Assembly (NCBI GenBank): GCA_900546715.1
Contig: UREA01000004.1
Span: forward strand, 7,395-71,394
DNA from: an uncultured Mycoplasmatota bacterium
GTDB lineage: Bacteria; Bacillota_I; Bacilli_A; RF39; UBA660
Direction: 5' to 3'
Length of the DNA stretch: 64,000 bases
The position numbers and the translations under genes are program-made. The notes beneath the pieces were generated by a model, which worked only from the letters and a program-made list of their open reading frames with translations, was not told where the DNA came from and ran no database searches. Below, piece by piece: positions 1 to 9,447 of this stretch (its first letter is position 1; the number at the start of each line of letters is the position of its first letter).

Positions 1-405
1 AGTATGAACCATATAGTTTTCTTAATAATTGGCTTCTCATCAGTACTTGCTATTACAGTTTTATACAACCTAACAACTATTAACATTTCGGAAAGAACTA
101 GAGAAATAGCTACATTAAAAGTACTTGGTTTTAATGATAAAGAAATATCTATGTATGTTTATAGAGAAACAATTATTCTAACTATTATTGGTATATTAAT
201 AGGTTTAGTCCTAGGTATTGGCCTAAATGCCTTTGTCTTAACTGTTGCAGAGACTGATGAAATAATATTCATTAAAGAGATTAATTATTTAAGTTATATT
301 TTAACAGTTGTAATTATGATTATATTTACTATAATTGTTCAAATAATTACTAACTTTATCCTTAGAAAAGTAAATATGATTGATTCATTAAAATCAGTAG
401 AATAG
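1..405 (+). CDS. ABC transporter permease, FtsX/MacB-like C-terminal fragment (5' end lies outside the window)
   Basis: The frame is open to the window start. The translation is a hydrophobic multi-TM C-terminus typical of FtsX-family permeases. It ends just before a bidirectional terminator hairpin. Confidence 0.55.
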   Translation, partial: SMNHIVFLIIGFSSVLAITVLYNLTTINISERTREIATLKVLGFNDKEISMYVYRETIILTIIGILIGLVLGIGLNAFVLTVAETDEIIFIKEINYLSYILTVVIMIIFTIIVQIITNFILRKVNMIDSLKSVE

Positions 406-407
406 AA

Positions 408-431
408 AAAAGGTCGTAAGACCTTTTTTAT
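408..431. terminator. Bidirectional rho-independent terminator between the convergent FtsX-like gene and recA
   Basis: aaaaaaGGTCgtaaGACCtttttta is a perfect short GC stem flanked by A- and T-tracts on both sides. Confidence 0.6.
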
Positions 432-1471
432 TCTGCATTCTTTTTATCTTCTTTTTTATCTTTAGATTTTACAAAACCATAATGTTCTCTAATCTTTTGT
501 TCAAGTTCATCACGAAGATTAGTATTTTCTTTTAAATAAGCCTTAACATTTTCTTTACCTTGACCTATTTTTTCACCATTATATGAATACCATGCTCCGC
601 TTTTATCAAGAATTGCTAAATCACTAGCAATATCAATAATTTCTCCTTCTTTAGAAATACCTTCGCCATACATAATATCTACACTAGCAGTCTTAAATGG
701 TGGAGCAACTTTATTTTTAACTACTTTAATATTGGTTTTATTACCAATTATTTGGTCTCCCATTTTAATTTGTTCACCTTTTCTTACATCAAGACGAATT
801 GTTGAGTAAAATTTAAGAGCTCTACCACCTGGTGTAGTTTCAGGATTACCAAACATTACTCCAACTTTTTCGCGTAATTGATTAATAAATATCGCAGTTG
901 TTTTAGTTTTATTCATGGTACCTGATAATTTTCTTAAGGCTTGGGACATAAGTCTAGCTTGCAAACCAACATGAGAATCTCCCATTTCCCCATCAATTTC
1001 CGCTTGAGGTACTAAAGCTGCAACTGAGTCAATTACAATTAAACTAACAGCTTCACTTTTAACTAAGGCATCACAAATTTCTAAAGCTTGTTCTCCTGTA
1101 TCTGGTTGACTTAATAAAAGTTCATTTATATCAACACCTAAATTTTTAGCATACACAGGATCTAAGGCATGTTCGGCATCAATAAATGCTGCTCTACCTC
1201 CAGCTTTTTGTACTTCTGCTATAGCTTGCAATGCAACTGTTGTTTTACCACTTGATTCCGGTCCATATATTTCAATGATTCTTCCCTTAGGATAACCTCC
1301 AACACCTAAAGCAATATCGATAGCAAGTGAACCACTAGATACCACATCTACTTCAATATGTTCATTATCCCCAAGTTTCATAATAGCACCAGCTCCAAAT
1401 TGCTTTTCAATATCTGCTAGAACTTGTTCTAGTGCCTTATCTTTATTCTTTTCATCTTTAACTGATTTCAT
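428..1471 (-). CDS. recA: Recombinase RecA
   Basis: Walker [11 protein letters not shown]2 loop region, canonical start [28 protein letters not shown]. An AGGAGG RBS sits 5 nt upstream of the ATG at 1471. The ORF-track start at 1582 is an unsupported N-terminal extension. Confidence 0.95.
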   Translation of the reverse strand: MKSVKDEKNKDKALEQVLADIEKQFGAGAIMKLGDNEHIEVDVVSSGSLAIDIALGVGGYPKGRIIEIYGPESSGKTTVALQAIAEVQKAGGRAAFIDAEHALDPVYAKNLGVDINELLLSQPDTGEQALEICDALVKSEAVSLIVIDSVAALVPQAEIDGEMGDSHVGLQARLMSQALRKLSGTMNKTKTTAIFINQLREKVGVMFGNPETTPGGRALKFYSTIRLDVRKGEQIKMGDQIIGNKTNIKVVKNKVAPPFKTASVDIMYGEGISKEGEIIDIASDLAILDKSGAWYSYNGEKIGQGKENVKAYLKENTNLRDELEQKIREHYGFVKSKDKKEDKKNAE

Positions 1472-1571
1472 TATTCCTCCTAATATACTCTGATACAAAT
1501 TAATTGTAATATACTTTAAAAAAAATGTCAATATTTTTTTACAAATATTTGTTCGTTTTTTATTAAAAAGA

Positions 1572-1596
1572 AAAAAGCACAAAAATTAGTGCTTAA
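1572..1596 (-). terminator. Putative terminator of the spoVA operon
   Basis: Hairpin AAGCAC-aaaaatta-GTGCTT, followed on the minus strand by a U-tract (plus-strand aaaaagaaaaaa). Confidence 0.45.
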
Positions 1597-1597
1597 A

Positions 1598-1948
1598 TTA
1601 ATTCTTAGGTTTAGCCACTAAAGATACTAAAAAGGCAAATATTATAGCTCCAGCAATAGCAGCTGATGATTTGGTAAACATATTAGAAAATATCCCTAGT
1701 ATTCCTTCCGCCATATACCCCTGAATTGCAGCCTGATAAAGCATATGACCAAAATTTGATATTAACACTGTTGCTCCAGCTCCAAATTTAACAACTAAAT
1801 CATCATATACTCCAAGAAATGAAAGTAAGGCTCCAATTGCAGTATAAATACTTGTAATATGTCCTGGCGTAAGTTTGGTATTATCTAAAATAATCTGGGC
1901 TATTGCACAAGCAAATCCGGCGAATAAAAAGGCATTTAGAAAATTCAT
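1598..1948 (-). CDS. spoVAE: Stage V sporulation protein AE (SpoVAEb-like small membrane protein)
   Basis: 116-aa hydrophobic protein immediately downstream of spoVAD. This size and position are typical of SpoVAEb. Confidence 0.75.
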   Translation of the reverse strand: MNFLNAFLFAGFACAIAQIILDNTKLTPGHITSIYTAIGALLSFLGVYDDLVVKFGAGATVLISNFGHMLYQAAIQGYMAEGILGIFSNMFTKSSAAIAGAIIFAFLVSLVAKPKN

Positions 1949-2925
1949 TATTCCACCTCCAAACTTACAGCATGAGCAATCGCAGGAATACTCATTTTTT
2001 GATTAACAAATGTTGTTGAGTGCAAAGCTCCAGTTCCAATAATTAATATTTTTTTATATTTTTTACTAGTTAAAATTTTACAAAATAAAACTAAAGGCAG
2101 ACAAGCAGGTCCACTACCACCAGCATAAGTTTCTTGACTATCTAAAAATAATTCACAACCGGCATCCATATAATTTTTGAGTTGAACATTATAATTTTTT
2201 TCTAAATAATCTTGAAATATTTTACCCCCAACACAACCTAAATCACCAGTTAAAATAAGATCATAATAAGAGGCCTCTCTTTTTAAATCCGTTAAATGTC
2301 GCATTAATGTTGATGCTGCAGCGGGTGCCATAACTGCTCCCATATGGTTAGCATCACTTATATCCATATCAATGGCTACACCAATTGTTGATGATTCAAT
2401 TTTTATCTTACTTTCTCTTTTTCCAACTAAAGTGGCAATAGCACCAGTTGTTGTAAATGTTGAAGTGTGAGGCCTTGGTGCTCCATATTCTACTGGATAC
2501 CTAAATTGTTTTTCCGCTGTTAAATTATGCGAACTAACTACGGTAATAACTTTTTTAAAACCACTACAGTCAACAAAATTACTAGCAAGTATTAATTCTT
2601 CAGGAAATGTTGCACAAGCCGAATACACCCCTAAAAATGGGATATTATAATTTTTAGCATTATAGCTAGAAACAGCAATTTGATTAGTTAAATCCCCTCC
2701 AACTAATAAATCTATATCAGAATCATTTAAACTATTACGATGCATTAAATTATTAACTACATCTTCTTGCATCTTAACCTCAGCTTGTTCAAAAGTTTTT
2801 TCTTTATAATAATAATCATCCATAGATAAATTATATTTTTTTAAATGACTTTCTTTTTCTAATGGTCCAACAATTGTAAAATAATCATCTAAATAGACAT
2901 TCTTATATTTCTTACTAGACACCAA
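1948..2925 (-). CDS. spoVAD: Stage V sporulation protein AD (thiolase-fold)
   Basis: 325 aa, matching the SpoVAD length/family. Start is coupled to the spoVAE stop and lies in a spoVAC-D-E array. Confidence 0.8.
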   Translation of the reverse strand: MVSSKKYKNVYLDDYFTIVGPLEKESHLKKYNLSMDDYYYKEKTFEQAEVKMQEDVVNNLMHRNSLNDSDIDLLVGGDLTNQIAVSSYNAKNYNIPFLGVYSACATFPEELILASNFVDCSGFKKVITVVSSHNLTAEKQFRYPVEYGAPRPHTSTFTTTGAIATLVGKRESKIKIESSTIGVAIDMDISDANHMGAVMAPAAASTLMRHLTDLKREASYYDLILTGDLGCVGGKIFQDYLEKNYNVQLKNYMDAGCELFLDSQETYAGGSGPACLPLVLFCKILTSKKYKKILIIGTGALHSTTFVNQKMSIPAIAHAVSLEVE

Positions 2926-3352
2926 TAACCACTCTCACAATCACTAAAATAAATGCCGAAATTACGCCATATAAAATAACTGAACCTGCAAGTTTAAAAA
3001 TATTAGCTCCAAGTCCTGTAATTAGACCATCCTTCTTATAATCAAGAGCACTACCAGTTACACTATGAGCAAAACCAGTTGTAGGTATTATAAGCCCACA
3101 TTTACACTTATTAACCCAATTATCAAAGAATCCAAAAGCGGTCAAGATACTAGCAGTACCTATAATTATTAAACAAGTCCAAGTTGCAGCAATAACTTTA
3201 GACATACCAAATGATTCTTGAAGCATAAAGATAATAAACTCTCCAAAAAAGCCAATTAAACCACCAACAAAAAAAGCAACAACAATATTTCTTAGTTTAG
3301 GTTCCTTCGGCGTATGTTTTTTTACTAATTTTTTATAATCTTCTTTAGTCAT
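2915..3352 (-). CDS. spoVAC: Stage V sporulation protein AC
   Basis: 145-aa polytopic membrane protein matching SpoVAC length and topology. First gene of the spoVAC-D-E array after the sigma-factor gene. Confidence 0.8.
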   Translation of the reverse strand: MTKEDYKKLVKKHTPKEPKLRNIVVAFFVGGLIGFFGEFIIFMLQESFGMSKVIAATWTCLIIIGTASILTAFGFFDNWVNKCKCGLIIPTTGFAHSVTGSALDYKKDGLITGLGANIFKLAGSVILYGVISAFILVIVRVVIGV

Positions 3353-3386
3353 ATTATCACCTAAACTTATTGTGTCGCTATTTTTC

Positions 3387-4034
3387 TTACATATACATAA
3401 AATCTCGCATTTTTTTCAAACTTTTTGATTCATACCTCGATACCATTACTTGTGTAATACCAAGTTTTCTAGCAGTCTCACTTTGCGTTAAATCTTCATA
3501 ATATCTAGCTTTTATAATATCTTGTTCTAAAGTATCTAGAGAATCAATACTATCTTGAAGCAGTATTTTATCATCTACTGTTACATCTTCTTCTTTATAT
3601 AAAACCTCATGTAAACTTCGCTCATCACTTTCTTCATCAATAGAAACTAAAGAATTCGTATATTCTATTGCATTATTTAAAGTATTTAAATCAATTCCTA
3701 GAAACTCTGCTAATTCCTCATTACTAGGATTACGCATTAATTCTTGGGCCATCATACATCTACCCTTTTCAATTAGTTTATTAAGTTTAATTATATCTTT
3801 ACTTACCTTAATACTTTTATTACTAGCAACCATATACATTTCCCCATAAATATACTTGTAGGCGTATGTACTAAACTTACAATCTCCATCGCATTTATAA
3901 TTGTTATAAGCTTTAATAACCCCTAAAACTCCTGCTTGATATAAATCACTTTTAGGTATTCCATAAAACTTTTTAGCAATCGTCCAAATAAGTCCAGCAT
4001 TTTCTTTAACTATTTCCTCATACATAAGCATCAC
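3387..4034 (-). CDS. sigF: Sporulation-type sigma-70 family sigma factor (SigF/SigG group)
   Basis: Region 2 (FSTYAYKYIYGEM), VKVSR and the region 4.2 HTH (ARKLGITQVMVSRYE) align with SigF/SigG. It overlaps the upstream STAS gene and is followed by spoVAC/D/E, the layout seen in clostridial sigF operons. Confidence 0.75.
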   Translation of the reverse strand: MMLMYEEIVKENAGLIWTIAKKFYGIPKSDLYQAGVLGVIKAYNNYKCDGDCKFSTYAYKYIYGEMYMVASNKSIKVSKDIIKLNKLIEKGRCMMAQELMRNPSNEELAEFLGIDLNTLNNAIEYTNSLVSIDEESDERSLHEVLYKEEDVTVDDKILLQDSIDSLDTLEQDIIKARYYEDLTQSETARKLGITQVMVSRYESKSLKKMRDFMYM

Positions 4035-4338
4035 CCATATATTTTATTTTTCTTACTCTCAAATCTTTTATTTTATCTTTTATTTCTTTATCACAACCCC
4101 ACACTTTCATACATCCATTACTACTTTTAACTAAATATTTAGCTCTTTTTAATGAATCAAGTCCAACTTCATCGATATCTCTTAAATGAATTAAAATTAA
4201 TATCAAATTACTTATCTTATGTTTTTTAAGTATCGGATTTAAATAATTATTTATCTTATAACAATTTCTTTTATTTAATACACCTTTTAAATAAACATAT
4301 AAAGTATCATCTTTATATTCTAAATTCATTTTTAACAT
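4018..4338 (-). CDS. spoIIAA: STAS-domain anti-sigma-factor antagonist (SpoIIAA-like)
   Basis: 106 aa, consistent with SpoIIAA size/STAS fold. The canonical phospho-acceptor DSSG reads DEVGLDSL here. Confidence 0.6.
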   Translation of the reverse strand: MLKMNLEYKDDTLYVYLKGVLNKRNCYKINNYLNPILKKHKISNLILILIHLRDIDEVGLDSLKRAKYLVKSSNGCMKVWGCDKEIKDKIKDLRVRKIKYMGDAYV

Positions 4339-4406
4339 AATTTTTCTCCTTACATATTTAATATAGAAGAAAAATAATCATTTTTAAACACTTTCGACAA
4401 AACAAG

Positions 4407-4443
4407 TCAAAACCCAACAAAAAAGAAAGCAATTACTTTACGC
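4407..4443 (-). terminator. Rho-independent terminator of the LCP gene
   Basis: AAGAAAGC-12 nt loop-GCTTTCTT perfect 8-bp stem, followed on the minus strand by TTTTTT. Confidence 0.6.
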
Positions 4444-4448
4444 TTTCT

Positions 4449-5870
4449 TTACAATACATTTTTTATTTTTTCTTTAGCACTATTTACACTTTCAGGATAA
4501 GGCATCATGACATATAACTTTTGATTCTTATAACTATATGTATAATCAAAAGCATTTGAGCCATCTAAAGATATAGTTTCAATATCCCATGAATACATAC
4601 CATCAATTTGCCATTTTATTAAATCAGTAATTTCCTTATTAGTAATATTTGTTAAAAATTCTCCACTTAAAGCATTAAGTAAATTATTATAATTAGTTAT
4701 AATACCAGCACTTAACACTTTATTAATAATTGCTGTTAGTACTAATTGTTGATTTTCTACCCTAACTCTATCTCCTTCACTAAAGGCTTGTCTTTCTCTT
4801 GCAAAAGATAATGCTTCTGCTCCATTTAAATTATTATTTCCTTTACTAAAGTGATATCCGTCGATACTAGTAAAATCATAATTAGAATTAACAGTAATAC
4901 CACCAAGTTCATCTACAATATCAACTAAAGTTGTAAAATTAACTTTAACATAATAATTTATATCGATATCTAGTAAATCTTCTAAAGCTTTAGTTGTTAC
5001 ATCTATTCCATAAATACCTGTATGCGTAAGTTTATCATAATCCCCATAATCACTTAAATAAACATAATAATCTCTTGGAATACTTGTAAGTAATATCTTA
5101 TTTTCTTTAGGATTAACAGAAACAATCATATTAACATCACTTCTTGATACTCTAGTAATAGATCCATAAGAATCAATACCTGTAATTAATATGTTATATG
5201 AATCACTTGTTACATCAATATCTTTATTAATATTTTTAATTTCTGTTTCAATACTATAATTTTCAATTATTCTCAAATTATCCATTAATTCATTATTAGT
5301 CTCTTTAAGCATAGTAATCTGCGCATCCTCAAGTATTATAGCAGCAACTTCTTCATCTATTAAATTATCAACCAATGAATTTATATCATCTAAAATTACA
5401 CTTTCAAAATCAATATTATTATCAATTTTTTCAATTGCATTATTTAATCCCTTATGTACATTATTATCTAAATGCCCTATAGCCTCTCCATTTAAATCTC
5501 CAAGAGTTTCATAATCACTTTCATCTAACACCAATACATTATATACTTCTTCTTTATAAGTATTAAAACCAAATTGCTTTAAAAAATCTATTGTATTAAG
5601 TTCATAAGTAATACCAAATACCATAATTATAATGAGTATAATTGATAATATTACTCCAATAACATTTCTTATTTTACCACTACCCAGCAATAACTTAATT
5701 ACTACTAAATCAATAATTAAAACAAGTACTACTAATACTATAAAATAATCTATTGGTAACACATTAATAAAATAAACTAACACTAAAATTAACACACTTA
5801 CTATAAGAAGAAATATACTTAAATATTTCATAAAACTCATTTTACTTTTATTATTTTTCTTCTTAGCCAT
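4449..5870 (-). CDS. LytR-CpsA-Psr (LCP) family cell-envelope phosphotransferase
   Basis: N-terminal TM, then ILITGIDS...RSDVNMIVSVNPKENKILLTSIPRDYYV, the LCP signature. Confidence 0.8.
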   Translation of the reverse strand: MAKKKNNKSKMSFMKYLSIFLLIVSVLILVLVYFINVLPIDYFIVLVVLVLIIDLVVIKLLLGSGKIRNVIGVILSIILIIIMVFGITYELNTIDFLKQFGFNTYKEEVYNVLVLDESDYETLGDLNGEAIGHLDNNVHKGLNNAIEKIDNNIDFESVILDDINSLVDNLIDEEVAAIILEDAQITMLKETNNELMDNLRIIENYSIETEIKNINKDIDVTSDSYNILITGIDSYGSITRVSRSDVNMIVSVNPKENKILLTSIPRDYYVYLSDYGDYDKLTHTGIYGIDVTTKALEDLLDIDINYYVKVNFTTLVDIVDELGGITVNSNYDFTSIDGYHFSKGNNNLNGAEALSFARERQAFSEGDRVRVENQQLVLTAIINKVLSAGIITNYNNLLNALSGEFLTNITNKEITDLIKWQIDGMYSWDIETISLDGSNAFDYTYSYKNQKLYVMMPYPESVNSAKEKIKNVL

Positions 5871-5932
5871 ATATTTATTTACTTCTCCTTATTACCATAT
5901 AATTTTAGCAAATAAAGATACATTTGTCTATA

Positions 5933-6244
5933 TTAGTTTTCATCACTTAATACTATTTGTTCTTTTTCTTCTTTTACTTCTGTTGTTTCATATAATCTTT
6001 TTCTAATATCGTGTATTATTTGAATAATTTCTCCGACTGCATAAATAAATACAAATGAAATTACAATTCCTATTACCGCTAAAACAATTGTTAAAAAAGG
6101 TATTTCTACAGTGCCATTAAAAGTAAAAATAACAATGAATAATATAAACATACCAACCACTAAATCAACCCACGCTATACATTTAATTGCATATGCCACC
6201 ATATTTGTTTCCCTAATAATTTTTTCATTTTCCACTTTAACCAA
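5933..6244 (-). CDS. Small hypothetical membrane protein
   Basis: 103 aa with two hydrophobic helices. Sits in a coding-dense minus-strand context. Confidence 0.45.
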   Translation of the reverse strand: MVKVENEKIIRETNMVAYAIKCIAWVDLVVGMFILFIVIFTFNGTVEIPFLTIVLAVIGIVISFVFIYAVGEIIQIIHDIRKRLYETTEVKEEKEQIVLSDEN

Positions 6245-6344
6245 CTCCTTTTATATTACAAAAAAAGTATATCATATCAAACAATTATTGTCTATATGAT
6301 ATACTTTATATTTAATGTAATATGAAGTCCATTCTTTTGTTGAC

Positions 6345-7586
6345 TTATACTATAATTCTGTAAGGATTATCAATTGAGCCATCACCAGAGGCATAAGCTA
6401 CATCAGAGTTTAAGTAAAAAACAGGTCTGACTGACATCCCAGCTAAAGCATCACCAACTTGTCCTAATATACCTGGCCCGTTTGCATAAAAAACCCTTTT
6501 ATTATCACTCAAATAACGAGTAATCGTCCACTCTGGAATCTCTAAAAATAACCAACTACTATTATTATTTAAGCTACAGTTAGTCCAATATTCCGGTAAT
6601 GTAGAATAACCATAATCGCTTACATACATTAAGCCTATTTTTGCATTGTATTTTATGTCTTGTGAATACATACCAACTTCTTCATTATATGTTGATAAAG
6701 TACTCAATAAATAAGCATCATATGTTATAATGCCACCTATACTCCACCATTTAGATAAAATAATATTTTGCCAATTGTTTTCAAAATTTGATAAAAAAAC
6801 ATTATTTAATTAGTAATTTAAATCAGATTTTTCCCAATCATTTGAACCATTATTTCCAGGACTCGGAGCAGCTAAAATTCCACTTAATTGAACAATATCA
6901 TTTTTTTTGATATTGTTGCTCACACTAGAAACATTATCAAAATCTACAATATCAGAATCCCAACTGGAGTCACCTATACTTGCATTTTTAATTAATTTAA
7001 TTTCACCATCAAAAACTCCTATCATTCTATATAAATTATCAACAGGACACGGATTTTCATCACTGCCAAAACAAACATAATTATTTGGATTTGCTCCTGC
7101 ATATCTATATGAATTATCTCCTGCCTCTTGATCTACATTAGTGTATGTTCCTTGACCATCATGATAATAAAGTCCATTAACTCCATCTTCTACATAAACA
7201 TTATTTATAATATAATCAGCTAAATATACTATATCTGGTTCTTTATCAAAGTATACATAACATTTTTCTGTATTATTAGTTTTTAAATTAACAGCATCCA
7301 GTTCTTCATTCCAAGATAATTCCCCACCATTTTCACAACTTGATAAATTACCATTAAAAACATATCCTTCCCCAGGCCAAGTACTTGAAGTAGATTTCTC
7401 ATATGTTCCAGAACCAGCTTCTGTTTCTAACATGAATGTTAGAAAACCACCAACAGAGTTTTCTTTTTTATCCTCAATATTACTTGTATACATACTATTA
7501 TCATCTTCACTTACATAAAAACAAATACTTATACCTAGTATTATTACAAATATACCACTTACTCCAATCAATATCTTTTTTTTCAT
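6345..7586 (-). pseudogene. Secreted/surface protein interrupted by one in-frame TAA (6810-6812); the two halves are 6810..7586 and 6345..6707
   Basis: Both ORFs share one frame. The only stop between them is a single TAA. The read-through translation (..SDLNY*LNNVFLSNFENNWQNIILSKWW..) looks protein-like. The N-terminus has a signal/TM and the C-terminus ends in a GDGSIDNPY-type motif. Confidence 0.5.
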
Positions 7587-7699
7587 TTTTTAACCTACCT
7601 TATAAATGAATTTTATCATTTAAAAAGTACCTATTCTATGGACAAAACATCCATATATTTCAATAAATTTTACCACCATAATTATAATATGGTGGTTCT

Positions 7700-7945
7700 A
7701 TGATACATAATGATATGTATTATTATGATATAGTAAGATATAATATTAAAAAATATAGAGAAAAAGCTAATTTAACTCAACAACAACTAGCTGATTTAGC
7801 GGGCATTACTATGAATTATTTAGCGAAAATTGAAAGTGTTAAAATGCAAAGAGGATTTACAATAGTTATTGTAGGTCGTATTGCTGATGCGCTAAATATT
7901 GATATAAGATGTTTATTTGAACCTATTGAAGAAGAAAATAAATAG
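7700..7945 (+). CDS. XRE-family HTH transcriptional regulator
   Basis: NLTQQQLADLAGITMNYLAKIE helix-turn-helix, 81 aa. Confidence 0.75.
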   Translation: MIHNDMYYYDIVRYNIKKYREKANLTQQQLADLAGITMNYLAKIESVKMQRGFTIVIVGRIADALNIDIRCLFEPIEEENK

Positions 7946-7950
7946 AAAAA

Positions 7951-7995
7951 GAAAGCGACCGCGCCGTCAAGTCGGCACGACCGCTTTCTAAATAT
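7951..7995 (+). terminator. GC-rich hairpin-like element downstream of the XRE gene (possible terminator)
   Basis: agcgaccgcgccgtcaagtcggcacgaccgctttc is a sharp GC island in AT-rich DNA with an imperfect GCCG/CGGC stem followed by CTTTCT. The CGACCGC direct repeat is also notable. Confidence 0.35.
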
Positions 7996-8261
7996 AATAT
8001 ATTACATTTTATAATATTAATCAATAATTATTTACTAAAAAAACAAAACACATATAAATATCTTGTGTGGTATCTTGTGCTATTTCTTATGTGGTTTTAT
8101 AAAATCAATTTAAAAAGGAATTAGATGTACAATACCTAGAATTATAAATAATTCGTCACTGATTTAAAAAATCTAATCCCTTTTATTTACTTATATAATT
8201 ATATATAAGTATTCTATTAACTATACATGGACTTGGGCTCCAATTGCCTGTGCCATAAATA

Positions 8262-8350
8262 ATTAATAGGTTTAAAAGAGTTCTAGTCTCTGCGTCTAAC
8301 GCATAAATCCCTAGACTAACGCCCGAAACGAGCAGAGATACAAACTCTTT
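8262..8350. other. Candidate structured RNA element in a 640-bp ORF-free convergent intergenic region
   Basis: Nested inverted repeats: outer aaaagagtt/aactctttt and inner tctctgc/gcagaga. The inner region holds a CTAACGC direct repeat and tagtct/agacta pairing. A T-tract lies at the plus-strand 3' end. Confidence 0.25.
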
Positions 8351-8535
8351 TCAAAAAGAAACCACCAAAGTACCTGTTATCAAAATTGATAAGTCTCTCC
8401 TATAAAACGGCTTCTTTTTCTATAAATAATATACTATATAATTTATTATATGTCAACAAAACAAAGCTCCCTACTAGGGAACTTCAAGATATTACTCTTC
8501 AATATCGTTAGTAAACTAATACTAGATTGATATCG

Positions 8536-8580
8536 AAAAAAATAATCATGTACTTAAGTAATACCTGTAGTACATGATAT
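8536..8580 (-). terminator. Rho-independent terminator of the yihY-like gene
   Basis: CATGTACT-14 nt-AGTACATG perfect 8-bp stem, followed on the minus strand by ATTATTTTTTTCG. Confidence 0.6.
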
Positions 8581-8586
8581 TATTAT

Positions 8587-9447
8587 TTACTTCTTTTCAA
8601 TATTTATAGAACCTGTTTTTTCCAATTCTACTTCTTCTTTACGATAATTAAGTGCCATACCTATAGTAAATACATAAGCAAGTATGTATATCCAGATCAT
8701 TAACATAACAATATTGGCAAGACTTCCATAAAATGTTGAGTAATATGCGATATTGTTGATATAAAATGAATAACCATAAGTTATAATTATCCAAGAAATA
8801 CTTGTAAATATTGCCCCATATCCGACATTTTTACTCTTTATTCTTTTATTTGGAGCAATAGTATAAAGTATTTTTATAAAGAAATACATTATTAACCAAG
8901 TAACAGGACCTTGCAATAATCTTATGATAGTTGTTACTTTATCAGTAATTGAACTATTTAAATCAACATACTCGAATAATTCAATAATTTTATCCCCAAA
9001 AACTGGAACTATTAGCATAAATATGAAAAGTAATACTAAAAATATTGTCATAATAATTGATTTTAATCTTCTTTTAAAGAAACCAGTTTGTTTTTCACCA
9101 TAAATAGCATTAGATGTAATAATAATAGATGCTGGTCCATTAGATGCCGTATAGTAACCTACAACTAAAGTTATTACTAAACCTAAACCTGAAGCACTTG
9201 ATTCTGGAATATTTAAAAGCATTGATGCAATATCTTTGGAAAAAGCATTAGCTAAAAAATCATATATTACATCGGTTGATAAATTAAGCAAGCTTGCTCC
9301 ATAACTAATAAGTGTTATAGTAGGAACAATAGCAAGCACAAAGAAAAAAGCCAGTTGTCCAGGAAGTATTGCCATCTCCGGCCTTTTTAAAACTTTTATA
9401 AAATTATCAAAAAATTCTTTAACCTCACTTTTTAACTTCTTTTTCAT
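8587..9447 (-). CDS. YihY/BrkB family polytopic membrane protein
   Basis: N-terminal ...RPEMAILPGQLAFFFVLAIVPTITLISYGASLLN... and six TM helices, typical of the YihY family. Confidence 0.75.
   Translation of the reverse strand: MKKKLKSEVKEFFDNFIKVLKRPEMAILPGQLAFFFVLAIVPTITLISYGASLLNLSTDVIYDFLANAFSKDIASMLLNIPESSASGLGLVITLVVGYYTASNGPASIIITSNAIYGEKQTGFFKRRLKSIIMTIFLVLLFIFMLIVPVFGDKIIELFEYVDLNSSITDKVTTIIRLLQGPVTWLIMYFFIKILYTIAPNKRIKSKNVGYGAIFTSISWIIITYGYSFYINNIAYYSTFYGSLANIVMLMIWIYILAYVFTIGMALNYRKEEVELEKTGSINIEKK

Noticed and set aside
428-1582. Track ORF gives RecA a 37-aa N-terminal extension ([16 protein letters not shown]...)
   Set aside because: The canonical RecA N-terminus and a strong AGGAGG RBS sit at the internal ATG (1471). 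The extension overlaps the promoter/terminator region and has no homology.
8225-8262. Resemblance of ggacttgggctcc / AAGUCCAUG (reverse complement) to the RNase P RNA P4 consensus
   Set aside because: It is only a 9-nt partial match. The flanking conserved RNase P elements (GGAAAG.., ACAGAAA, GGGCAGG) are absent, and no consistent secondary structure for a ~350-400 nt RNA is present.
8340-8365. CCACCA 3'-end-like motif suggesting tmRNA
   Set aside because: There is no GGGG 5' start, no tRNA-like acceptor/T-arm pairing and no tag-peptide reading frame nearby.
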